64,000 nt of DNA, taken from the NCBI GenBank assembly GCA_965217585.1, contig OZ244561.1, forward strand, positions 4,256,001 to 4,320,000, given 5' to 3'. Source of the stretch: Candidatus Latescibacterota bacterium. Its GTDB lineage: Bacteria; Latescibacterota; UBA2968; UBA8231. The notes under the pieces are model-generated. The model saw only the letters and a list, made by a program, of their open reading frames with translations, searched no databases and was not told the origin of the DNA. This document shows, in pieces, positions 10,131 to 19,365 of the stretch (position 1 is its first letter; each line of letters starts with the position of its first letter). A program made the translations under genes and the position numbers.

Positions 10131-10751
10131 TCACAACATGAAAGCATTGTACAGTAGTGCCGTGCTCCCCGCGCCCAGCGCGCCGCCCGCGCCGAGTTGC
10201 ATCGGAGTATGCGCCCGCAAGTAAAGCCGCGCCCAAGCGACGGCCGGCCAACTCAGCAAGAAGGGCCACGCCGCACTGCCGACGCTGACCAACAATATGC
10301 AGGTCGCCCCCCCGACGCCAGCCGCGTGAATGCTGATTTTATAGGAGCGATTGATCCACCAGACCAAGAGCGTGTTGACGACACAGGACGCGGCCGTGAC
10401 TAGCATCAGGGGCGGGGCACTGATCCCGTAGAGGGCCGCCCCCCCCAAAGCGTAGCAACAAGCGCCCAGCAAGAGCAGGGTAGCGCGCTTGTCGCGGTCA
10501 TCTGTATAGGCTTTATCGAGATACCCCGAGCGCACCAAGTGCCAGAGTAGTAACCCGGGCACCACAGAGAAGGTGCCAATGGCCACCGCGCCGGCGAGCC
10601 AGTCGCCCAGCACGCGCGCTTGGACGCCGAAGACCAAGAGCGCCAACAGCGCAGGATTGAGCAAGTGGGAGAGGAAGCGTGCGACGCGGTGCGGGTGCAG
10701 ACGAAAAAAGGGACGAGCTAATTGCTCGCCCCTCGTTACTTCTTTTGCCAT
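10131..10751 (-). CDS. Multi-pass membrane protein, PAP2-superfamily-like
   Basis: Several hydrophobic helices; KISIH and WARLYLRAHT resemble PAP2 C2/C3 motifs. Confidence 0.6.
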   Translation of the reverse strand: MAKEVTRGEQLARPFFRLHPHRVARFLSHLLNPALLALLVFGVQARVLGDWLAGAVAIGTFSVVPGLLLWHLVRSGYLDKAYTDDRDKRATLLLLGACCYALGGAALYGISAPPLMLVTAASCVVNTLLVWWINRSYKISIHAAGVGGATCILLVSVGSAAWPFLLSWPAVAWARLYLRAHTPMQLGAGGALGAGSTALLYNAFML

Positions 10752-11167
10752 TTTTTTCCGCTAGCCGTGCCGCGGTCGGGCGGCCTGTCTTCGCCTGCTA
10801 GCACAAAGCCGACAAAGCGCTTCTGGCCAAGAGTTTTCAAATATTGGAGCAGGGAGACCTCGGCCTCCTTGCGGTTGAGTTGGTACTTTTCGCTGAGCAA
10901 TTCGATCATCTTACCGACCGAGTTGCGGCCGTTGCACATCCGCCAGACCTCGCTGCCGACCTCGTCGAGGGTGATTTTGCGCTGCCTGGGTATGTAGAAA
11001 AACTTGGACAGCAGCCGCACCTTCCAGGTCTCTTGGCGCTTTATTGAGACCTGGACCTCGTCGTTGTCGTTGTTCTCCCAGCTCAGGGACTCATTGCGCG
11101 TTGGCCGCGACGCCAGCATGGCGGCCCGGCTCAGCTTGGGTCCCTTGTCTTTCGATAAAATGCCCAT
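10736..11167 (-). CDS. PqqD-family (RRE-like winged helix) protein
   Basis: ITLDEVGSEVWRMCNGRNSVGKMIELLSEKY...LLQYLKTLGQKRFV matches the PqqD/RRE pattern. Confidence 0.8.
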   Translation of the reverse strand: MGILSKDKGPKLSRAAMLASRPTRNESLSWENNDNDEVQVSIKRQETWKVRLLSKFFYIPRQRKITLDEVGSEVWRMCNGRNSVGKMIELLSEKYQLNRKEAEVSLLQYLKTLGQKRFVGFVLAGEDRPPDRGTASGKKWQKK

Positions 11168-12083
11168 CTACTACCTTGGCGACTAGCTCGTCTGCTGTGT
11201 CTTTCTTGCGGTAGAGGTGCTCGACGATGAATATCTTGTCGAGGCTGGCATCGCGCCAGACGCGCCCTCGCAGATACAGGCGCGGCCTCGGGTTCATAAA
11301 GGGCAGGGGACGGATCAACTGACGCCAACGGCTGCGCGGCCGCCCCTCGACGCGAATGCCCTCGTGTTCCTGCACGGCCTCTGGATCAATGTCCACCACG
11401 AAGTCGCGCAATTGCTTCTTAAAAAAGACCGGATACCAGTCTTGAACGTGCGCTTCTTTGAGCATGATCCGGGCCATGCTCAACCGATGCACCCGTAGAA
11501 CCTGTTTACCGAGAGTGAACTCTAGCTGGATGTGGCCCGACTTGAGGGAATGGCTTTGTAGCTTGAGGTCGCTGGGCGCGAAAAACCGCAAGCCGTACAC
11601 GCTCCACATATAAGCGGCCTCGGCTTCTTGGTCGGCGAGCGAGCGGAACACGGCCTCGGCTTGCTCGGGCAAGGACTCGTCTAGTCTGGCCAGCACTCTC
11701 AGGAGCACTACCCGCCCGGACTTCAAGGCGAGCGCTAGATTGTACGCGCGGAAGTCGGCCTCCCAGATGAAGACCTCGTATTCGCGGCCTTCGAGGAATT
11801 TCTTGTTTTTGAGGAATCGGGCGCGGCGCTGGACCTCAAAGGGGGCATCGACCTTTTGGGCCTTCTTTTGCAGGTTGGCCAAGTAGCGATCTACCAACTC
11901 GGTCAGGCGCAGGGCCTCGCCGCGGCCTTTGAGACGCCGCCATTCGATTTCGGCACGCACGATTTCGGCGTCGTCGAGGCGGGCATAGCCCTTTTCAAAA
12001 TCCCCGTCAACTCGGCCGAGATTCCAGTCGTCAGGCACGGACAACCGCAGCCCTTGCCAAGCGAAATCCACCCGATCGCTCAT
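11091..12083 (-). CDS. Hypothetical soluble protein with two related halves
   Basis: 330-aa ORF starting 1 nt after the upstream stop; FAWQGLRLSVPDDW versus WSVYGLRFFAPSDL internal similarity. Confidence 0.8.
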   Translation of the reverse strand: MSDRVDFAWQGLRLSVPDDWNLGRVDGDFEKGYARLDDAEIVRAEIEWRRLKGRGEALRLTELVDRYLANLQKKAQKVDAPFEVQRRARFLKNKKFLEGREYEVFIWEADFRAYNLALALKSGRVVLLRVLARLDESLPEQAEAVFRSLADQEAEAAYMWSVYGLRFFAPSDLKLQSHSLKSGHIQLEFTLGKQVLRVHRLSMARIMLKEAHVQDWYPVFFKKQLRDFVVDIDPEAVQEHEGIRVEGRPRSRWRQLIRPLPFMNPRPRLYLRGRVWRDASLDKIFIVEHLYRKKDTADELVAKVVDGHFIERQGTQAEPGRHAGVAANAQ

Positions 12084-12084
12084 G

Positions 12085-14505
12085 CTAGAAGATCAGCACG
12101 GAGACCGATTTCTGGATCAGGGCGATCCCCACCGCCGCCATGCCCATCAAGGCCATGCCGCAGGAAAAGCCCACCGCCAGAATCGGGGCAAACAGCCGCC
12201 ACTCTTGCCGCCCGTACTTGTTCCAGAAGTAGTAGCGAGCCAAGAGCGCGCCGATGATCTCGGTCACCACGAAATGCGGCAGTTGCGTCAGCGAGCGCAC
12301 GAAGCCAAAGATCAGCAGGATCGGCAGCCCGAGGATGGAGAGCAGAATGAAACTCACCAGCCCGAAGCCGGCACCAAAGGCGATGACCTCTAGTTTCAGT
12401 GCCCTAAAGAGCCAAGGCACGTCGGTGGATCGCTGGATCCAAGAGCTGGTAAAGAGCGGGTCGGTATCGACCTCAAAGTAGAAGAACCATCCCGCCGGCA
12501 CGGCTCGCTCGATCTTCACTTCGAGGGTCGGGCGGGGATCGCGGATGACGGTGTCCATAGCCGGTCCCAAGGGCGCAATCGCCGGCAGACCCGCGACAAC
12601 TTCATCTTCGACTAGCAGCTCGTCGCGCAGGTAGCGCTCGGCGACGATGTCGGGTGCCCCTTGATCGAAGTACGAGTAGAAAACTTGGGTCGGCATCCAC
12701 GGACCGCCTTGGCCGCGCTTGCCTTCGGAGTCCAGCCATTCCTGATCCACCAGCCGCGTCCGCCAGTACCACCACTCGTTATCGATTAGATTGGCCGGAG
12801 TCCATCCCGCGCGGTCGTTGTCTACGGCCAGTTCGCTGCGCATGGTGCCGGTGATATAGAGGCATTGCTGGTAGGCGCGCAGCCGCCAGATGAGCTGGGC
12901 ATAGGGGTAGGAGGCCGAAGGGATCGGTGCCAGTTTCCAGATATAGGAGCCGTAGAGAAAACTGGTAAAGAGCACGACGGGCACCATGAAAATCTCGGCG
13001 CGAATGATGCTGGTAAACTGGGTGCCGGTCAGTTCGATTTCGCGGAACTTCTGGGTCTGGGCACCGTAGTTACCCAAGGGAAACGGAATGAACCAGATGT
13101 CAACGCCGCGATACCCAGAGAAGATAATCGTCGCCTCGCGCACGAAGGGGATGTCCACCGTCTGTCCCACCATCCCGACTAGGCGGGCGTTGACGAAGGA
13201 TTGAAAGGGCGTGAATACGAAACCAAAGAAGAGGAAAAACCATATAAATTGAGCAATGCCCGGCAGCAGCCAAGCGGCGACGCCGATCAGGCCGGCCGTG
13301 GCTAAAGAGTACAGTGCCAACGCCAACCAGATGGGGAAATCGCCGCGGCCGGCGGGGGTGGCAAAGCTGCGCTTGGGACTGCCATCATCCCCGTTGTTAG
13401 CCCTAGCACTGAGCACGCTCTGAACTATCTGATAGATGCCGATGACGGCGATGGCGAAGGTAGTGCCGAGGCCAAAGCTCATCCAGAAATCGACTTGGTT
13501 GACGAAGACGGTCTCGATCGTGCCCATGCCTTGCTGCCACAAGTTCAGATACGGCATCTCGCGCCACGAAGGCGTCCAAGTATAGAGCAGCGGGTTGGCA
13601 ATGGAGGCGACGACCACGCCGATAAAGGTGCCAATCACGCCCCAGAACGGCACCACTAAACCGACGAATATCGGCCCCAAGTGCGCGGTAAATCCCAGCG
13701 GAGTGGCCGGGATAAAGTTGCCGGTGACTTGCGTGAAGTCGACAAAGGGAATGGGTATGAGTTGGATTGGTTCGGTCAGCAGCGCGCCGGTAATCGCCGG
13801 CAGGGCCACGTAGATCGTGCCAAAGACCAAGCCGATCATCGCCCCTGCCGAGAATACCCGCCAGCGCCACGTCTCAACCCCTTGGGTGGTCTCAGCTAGC
13901 GCCATAGCGCCTTGGGCGTTTACGGGTGCGAAGGGAAAGGGCAGACGCTCGTAGTCGGAGGTGAGCCGGAAGAGCGCGTACGACATAGTGAACCAGTTGA
14001 TGCGCGAGATGATCATCCCCAAGACTAGGAGTACGATCGGCATCGCCCAATCCGAGTGTAGGAAGGTGCGCTCGAGGATGGCGGCGGAGTTGAGCGGCGG
14101 TGCCACCCAAGTGGGGATCAGCTTGGTGATGCCGAACTGCTTGGCCGCCGGCGATTGCACCAAGTACTGGTTGTAGAGCAATCCCTCAAAGGCGCCGGTC
14201 TCCGCGGCAATCAGCGAGGCGGCCACGTAGAACAGCACATAGACTTCTTGGCGCCGGAGGGTGGAAAAGGAGCGCTTGGTGATTTCGGCGAAGAGGATGA
14301 TAGTCACCCACTCGGCCGCCGCCCCCAAAGAGCCACCGATCATCAGGCTCAAGTACATGTTGCCCGGCACCATGATAAAGGCGACGAAGAACACGCCGAG
14401 GATGGCCTTGATCGTAAAGCCGTTCTCGAAGTGGTCCGGGACCTGCATTAAATCCCGATATTCTTCGATCTCTTGGTTCGGGTTTCTATTTTTGCTTCCG
14501 AGCAC
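12085..14505 (-). CDS. OPT-superfamily-like (peptide transporter-like) membrane protein with a soluble insertion
   Basis: Many TM segments; ERLPFPFAPV motif resembles OPT-type LxFP; GGAGG RBS. Confidence 0.7.
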   Translation of the reverse strand: MLGSKNRNPNQEIEEYRDLMQVPDHFENGFTIKAILGVFFVAFIMVPGNMYLSLMIGGSLGAAAEWVTIILFAEITKRSFSTLRRQEVYVLFYVAASLIAAETGAFEGLLYNQYLVQSPAAKQFGITKLIPTWVAPPLNSAAILERTFLHSDWAMPIVLLVLGMIISRINWFTMSYALFRLTSDYERLPFPFAPVNAQGAMALAETTQGVETWRWRVFSAGAMIGLVFGTIYVALPAITGALLTEPIQLIPIPFVDFTQVTGNFIPATPLGFTAHLGPIFVGLVVPFWGVIGTFIGVVVASIANPLLYTWTPSWREMPYLNLWQQGMGTIETVFVNQVDFWMSFGLGTTFAIAVIGIYQIVQSVLSARANNGDDGSPKRSFATPAGRGDFPIWLALALYSLATAGLIGVAAWLLPGIAQFIWFFLFFGFVFTPFQSFVNARLVGMVGQTVDIPFVREATIIFSGYRGVDIWFIPFPLGNYGAQTQKFREIELTGTQFTSIIRAEIFMVPVVLFTSFLYGSYIWKLAPIPSASYPYAQLIWRLRAYQQCLYITGTMRSELAVDNDRAGWTPANLIDNEWWYWRTRLVDQEWLDSEGKRGQGGPWMPTQVFYSYFDQGAPDIVAERYLRDELLVEDEVVAGLPAIAPLGPAMDTVIRDPRPTLEVKIERAVPAGWFFYFEVDTDPLFTSSWIQRSTDVPWLFRALKLEVIAFGAGFGLVSFILLSILGLPILLIFGFVRSLTQLPHFVVTEIIGALLARYYFWNKYGRQEWRLFAPILAVGFSCGMALMGMAAVGIALIQKSVSVLIF

Positions 14506-14518
14506 TCGCTAGCCTCCC

Positions 14519-17500
14519 TTACGCCGACACTTCGCTGCGCAGCCCTTGCAGAATTTCCGCGCCCTGTTGGCGGTAGCCTTCTTTGGCCTCGGCATCCACC
14601 GTGCGCCAGATGAGGAACTGTTTGCGGATGACGTTCATAAAGCGCTGGTTGACCCTCCGCCACGAGGCGTCCTCGCCGCTGAGTCGCTTGATTTGCAGGC
14701 CGACTGCGTAAATGTTGTGCTCGGCCTCTGGCATGGCCTGCACGGTGACGTGTTGGCTGACGCCCAAGTCGAAAGGAGCCAGCCAGATATTCATGTCGAT
14801 GAGGTACCCTTCGCCGTTGGGCGTTTCTTCGCGTCTCAAGCTGGCACCGTCGGTGTAGAAGGTGCCGATGGACTCCTCACTGTAGGAGTCGAAGTAGCCG
14901 ATGAGGAATACGCTCAAGCCCAAGACCTCGTGGCCGCTGACCGTAAAGGGGAACTCGAAATCCCACTGGTCACCGTCGGGCGGCGGCAGCTTCCACTTGC
15001 GGGTCACGTCCGGCACGGCCATCTGCGAAGCCTTGCGCGCTGGATAAATCGTCGAGAGCATGACCACGGCCATCACCAGCATACAGGACAGCACCGCTGC
15101 TACTGAGGAGTAGTTGAGCGTGAAGCCGCCCAGCAGATCGAACTCGATGAGCACTTTGGCGATTACTTGGCCGCTGAGATAACCAGCGACGACGCCCAGC
15201 ACCGAATAGACGCAACTCTCGGCGATAAAGAGCCAAGAGATATGGCCGGGGGCTAGGCCCACCGAAGAGTAGATGCCGATTTCGCGGAAGCGCTCGTACA
15301 CGCTGCCCATCATGGTGTTGAGCACGATCAGCGAGGCGATCAGCATGGGGATAAACAAGTTGCTCATGCCGGAAAAGGAGGTCAGCCCCAGCGATGAGTA
15401 AATCGCCACCTTGATGTATTCATCGCCGGGCTCCTTGACTCCGGCGAACAGCGTCACCGCGAGGCGCGCGAGAAACTCCTCGACCTCGCCGCGCACGTCG
15501 GTGCCCCCGGGAAAGCGCACGGCCACCGATTGCAGGGGGTTGCCGCTGCCGACGTTGCGCAGCGTGTGGTAGGGCGTGATTAGGATGTTGGCCGGTTCTA
15601 GATGGACAAAGGGCTTGATGACGACCTTGGCGTCCTCCAAGCCCTGCTTTTCGCGCTTTTCTTCCTCGGCGATTTCCTGTACGGCTTGGCCGCCGGTGAC
15701 GGCGAAGTCGGCTGGCGTCAGGATTTCATCGTCGAGGTCTTTGAGGTCCTTCATCCGCTTGGAGTCGAGGACGCCAACGACCGTGAACAAGTCGCCGAAG
15801 ACCCTGACTTTCGCTCGGCCGACATCGGCTAAGTCAATGTCGAGATGGGCCTCCTTAACCATGTCGATGGGCAGGATGCAAACCTTGTCCTCGCCCGGCC
15901 CAAACCACCGCCCGGCGACTAGGGCTTGGTCCAGCCCGGTGACCTCGGTTTCCTCCGGGGTCAATCCGAGGACACCGAGCGCGTTATGGGCCTTGTCACC
16001 GTGTTTTATTTTGATGTGCGCCTTGGCCTTGTTGCTGTACCAGCTGCGCGGTGCGACCGCGGCCCGATCACCGAAATTGCTGCGGGCGTATTCGAGCACG
16101 GAATCTTCCATCGGATTCCATGCCTTGCTGCGGATTAGGATGCCTTCGTAGAGGCCCTCGTTGTCGCGGCTGATTTGGTTGAACCGCAGGCCCGTGCGGA
16201 TGGAGGTGAAAGACAGCACCGTAAAGGTCAGCAGCAAGAGCGTGGTAAAGGTGAGAACCGTGCGCGTCTTGCGCCGCTTCATGTTGGAAATCCCGAGCTC
16301 GAAGGCCGTTACCGAAGCCGAAGAGCGGCTGACGTCCGTGTCGTGGATCACGGCCACCTCGGTGCGCAGCTTTTTCATCTGCTCGTTGAAGCGGCCGGAA
16401 ATGATCGACATCACGAGAGCGGCCAGCGCGATGATGATGAAAGCGAGCAGAATGACGAAGGGATTGGATAGCTGAAAGGCCGGATGCACCATCCACAGCA
16501 CGATCCAGATCACTAGGAATACCCCGACGAATCCGATGATCTGATTGCGGATCGTGGCGGCGGAAAAAATGAGTCGCTCGGTAAAAAAGGCGCAGGGAAT
16601 GACGAGGGCCATAAAGAAGATAATGCCCTGAACGACGTCGTTTTGGGTGGATTTGACGTCTGGATAGGCGCGCGACTCCAGCCCAAAGGCCGCGCGCGTG
16701 TGACGCACAAAGTCGCGCCAACGCAGCTCGGCACCCGCCGTCGCGGCTTGAGCTAACTCGGTCTCGGCCCGGTAGTGGAGATCGTTGAGACGCTGGTTCT
16801 CAATCGCAAAGCTCCGCAACTCGCGCATCCGCGACTCGTCGAGATTCCACATGTCTTGGGCGGCTTGGAAGGTCGTGCGGGCAAAGGAAGTACCGGGGCG
16901 GATCTCAAAGCCCTCGCCCTCGGCCTTGTCTTTGTCGGTGGCACTGGTGGAGTTGAGCAGCAGCGAGCGAAATCCCAGCAGGCCAGCGCCAAAACCCATC
17001 TTGACGCGCGAGCCGGGCCGCGCGAAGAGCACCCCAACCGGCTCGTTTTGGGCCGAGGGGCCTTCGCCGATGGTGTAACCGTACTCCACGGGTGCGCCGT
17101 TTGTCTCGTCGAAGACCGCCACGTTGGATAGCTTGGTGAGATAGCGCGGATCGACGATGTCGAAGAAGTTGTAGGGCACGCAGGGGAAGAGGATGACCAT
17201 CCACTGCTTGTCGCGCCAGTCCATGGAGACCCTCATCGGGTAGCTCTCGTCGCCTTGCACGCCGCGATCCGGGGCGTAGGTGATGCGGCCGGTGATCGGG
17301 TCCATGTAGTAGCCCTCGATCTGCACGTTGTTGACCCGCACCCGATTTACGTAAAAGGCCCCCTTATCATCGACGACCTCGTAGTACTCGCCGCGCACGC
17401 CTTTGTACGACTTTTTCTTGCCGTTGCGCACGACGGCCACTGCGTCTGCACGCGGTAGGTCGGGGATGATGCTGCGGCGCGGAAAGACCATGGTCCGACC

Positions 17501-19348
17501 GCGCAGCGAGCGCAGATTGTCGCGCAGGCGCATCTTGAAGTCCGGGAAAAGCTCTGGGTCTTCAAAGGCCATCTCGAACATGCCGGCGAGCACCCGGATC
17601 TGTTTGGCGAGATTGGCGTGGTTGACGTGCTCGGCTCGATCTAAGGGCGTATCGACGAGGAAGCGCGCATCGTTGACGGTGACAAAGGCCAACGCCGGCG
17701 TACCCGTCGCCAACACCAATTCGCTATTGACCGATATTTCGCCCGGCACAAAGGTCTGCCAGCTCATCCCGCCTTCGGGACTGATGCCATTGACCAACAC
17801 GTCGCGCCGCTGGTAGCCCAACTCGCGGCTGATCTTGCGCGCATAACCCATAAAGTTCTTGCCGAAGGGCGCGAAGTAGCGCTTGTAGTAAAAGCTGGTA
17901 TTGCTATTCCATACTCCGAGCTCGTCGGTCTGCGACGACAGGTCGAGGCTGATGAAGAGCTTGACCGCGAGCGAATCGACTTTGGGATCGACCCAGCGCT
18001 TGTAGAGCGCAAGGCGCAAGTCGTCGTCCGAGTGCAACTCATCAACCAGTTCGTCGCGGTTTTTGAATTGCTTGCCGGCGAGGTGCAGTGCGCCTTCTTC
18101 TCGACTCAGCAGCCCCTTAATGCCCTCTATTGTCTTCTTCCACAAGCCCCACGAACTGCTGGCTGCGTCTTCCTCTTGGCTCAGCAGCCCTTCGGCGAGT
18201 GCGGCGTCGGCAATGTGCGCGGCCAAGTCGGTACGTCCTTCGGCAACGCTCCGCACGAGGGCTTCCTTGCCGGTAAACTCCTCCTCCTCGCCGATGGCGT
18301 AGTGGATGCCGTCTTGGGCGACCATGTTCCGCGCAAGTGCGGCATCGACGACCCGCCGTACCAGCATGTGTTCGATAAAGGGATCCTCTTTGCGCAAATA
18401 GCGCTGGATGAAATCATCGACCCCGCGCAGGCCCAAGTGGTGCGCCGAAGTGGCGAGAAAGACGATCGTGCGCGCCGGTGGGTTGGCGCGAAAATAGCGC
18501 GCCAGCTCTAAAAGCGCAGTAATGCTGGAGGCCTGCTCGGCACCCGGGGCGAGGGCTGGCACGACCGACATGGCGTCGTAGTACGCCTCCAGCACGATTA
18601 CGTCTTCTTTCAGCAAGGGATCGTATCCGGGGATCGTGCCGAGGATATTCCAAGCAGAACGCCGCTCCCAATCCATGCGGTACTCGAGGTGGAGCGTCTG
18701 CTCGCCCGCGGCGGCCAACTGGTGGCGCAAGTGATGGCCGGCTTGGCGATTGATCCAGAACCTCGGCAGGTCGAGCGGCATGGAGAGGAACTTTTTTTCG
18801 CCCTCCAGGTACACGGTGGAGTCCGGCTCGATAAAGAGGATGGCCTGCGCCCCGAGATAGGCGGCATTGAGCCAAGCGTCGCCCGAATTGAAGTCCATCA
18901 GGGCCACGGCTCCTTCGACTTGTTTGCCGTCCATGTCCGCGTACTCGCCCGCGCCGGCGTCGATCAAGCGCCCGGTCACCCCGCCTTCGGGCAGCGTCGA
19001 GGTTTTGACTAGATTGGGCCAGAGGCCGTGGATTGGCACTGATTCGTCGCTGCCGACGACTTGCAGAAACCCACCCTTATCGACCGGAATCGAGACATCG
19101 TATTCGTGGATTGCGATGTCGTCGAGGCCGATTGCACGGAAGCGCTCCTGCACGATCTGGGCCGCTTGGTCGGCACCTGGGTAGCCGGCGATTCTAGATC
19201 CCAAGCTGGCAAAGGTGTCCATCGTCTGCTGCACGCGCTCGACTGGGGTCGTGCGCGCCAACTCGGCAAAATCGACCTCGGCTTGGGCTAGTGTTGCGCC
19301 GGCCAGAACCCAGCCGAAGGCCATCCACCTCACCGCGAACTTAGGCAT
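14519..19348 (-). CDS. Fusion: signal peptide - PA/M28-peptidase-like domain - extracytoplasmic region - FtsX/MacB-like permease (1609 aa)
   Basis: Start reassigned to ATG 19348 (GAAAGG RBS, signal MPKFAVRW...AQA); M28-like LEAYYD/PGAEQASSITALLELARYF; permease signatures SNMKRRKTRTVLT, ERFREIGIYSSVGL, YPARKAS. Confidence 0.85.
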   Translation of the reverse strand: MPKFAVRWMAFGWVLAGATLAQAEVDFAELARTTPVERVQQTMDTFASLGSRIAGYPGADQAAQIVQERFRAIGLDDIAIHEYDVSIPVDKGGFLQVVGSDESVPIHGLWPNLVKTSTLPEGGVTGRLIDAGAGEYADMDGKQVEGAVALMDFNSGDAWLNAAYLGAQAILFIEPDSTVYLEGEKKFLSMPLDLPRFWINRQAGHHLRHQLAAAGEQTLHLEYRMDWERRSAWNILGTIPGYDPLLKEDVIVLEAYYDAMSVVPALAPGAEQASSITALLELARYFRANPPARTIVFLATSAHHLGLRGVDDFIQRYLRKEDPFIEHMLVRRVVDAALARNMVAQDGIHYAIGEEEEFTGKEALVRSVAEGRTDLAAHIADAALAEGLLSQEEDAASSSWGLWKKTIEGIKGLLSREEGALHLAGKQFKNRDELVDELHSDDDLRLALYKRWVDPKVDSLAVKLFISLDLSSQTDELGVWNSNTSFYYKRYFAPFGKNFMGYARKISRELGYQRRDVLVNGISPEGGMSWQTFVPGEISVNSELVLATGTPALAFVTVNDARFLVDTPLDRAEHVNHANLAKQIRVLAGMFEMAFEDPELFPDFKMRLRDNLRSLRGRTMVFPRRSIIPDLPRADAVAVVRNGKKKSYKGVRGEYYEVVDDKGAFYVNRVRVNNVQIEGYYMDPITGRITYAPDRGVQGDESYPMRVSMDWRDKQWMVILFPCVPYNFFDIVDPRYLTKLSNVAVFDETNGAPVEYGYTIGEGPSAQNEPVGVLFARPGSRVKMGFGAGLLGFRSLLLNSTSATDKDKAEGEGFEIRPGTSFARTTFQAAQDMWNLDESRMRELRSFAIENQRLNDLHYRAETELAQAATAGAELRWRDFVRHTRAAFGLESRAYPDVKSTQNDVVQGIIFFMALVIPCAFFTERLIFSAATIRNQIIGFVGVFLVIWIVLWMVHPAFQLSNPFVILLAFIIIALAALVMSIISGRFNEQMKKLRTEVAVIHDTDVSRSSASVTAFELGISNMKRRKTRTVLTFTTLLLLTFTVLSFTSIRTGLRFNQISRDNEGLYEGILIRSKAWNPMEDSVLEYARSNFGDRAAVAPRSWYSNKAKAHIKIKHGDKAHNALGVLGLTPEETEVTGLDQALVAGRWFGPGEDKVCILPIDMVKEAHLDIDLADVGRAKVRVFGDLFTVVGVLDSKRMKDLKDLDDEILTPADFAVTGGQAVQEIAEEEKREKQGLEDAKVVIKPFVHLEPANILITPYHTLRNVGSGNPLQSVAVRFPGGTDVRGEVEEFLARLAVTLFAGVKEPGDEYIKVAIYSSLGLTSFSGMSNLFIPMLIASLIVLNTMMGSVYERFREIGIYSSVGLAPGHISWLFIAESCVYSVLGVVAGYLSGQVIAKVLIEFDLLGGFTLNYSSVAAVLSCMLVMAVVMLSTIYPARKASQMAVPDVTRKWKLPPPDGDQWDFEFPFTVSGHEVLGLSVFLIGYFDSYSEESIGTFYTDGASLRREETPNGEGYLIDMNIWLAPFDLGVSQHVTVQAMPEAEHNIYAVGLQIKRLSGEDASWRRVNQRFMNVIRKQFLIWRTVDAEAKEGYRQQGAEILQGLRSEVSA

Positions 19349-19365
19349 AATTGTAAGTGCCTTTC

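Noticed and set aside
10131-12083. RiPP or PQQ biosynthetic cluster around the PqqD-like gene
   Set aside because: No precursor peptide, pqqB/C/E, radical SAM or other tailoring enzyme nearby
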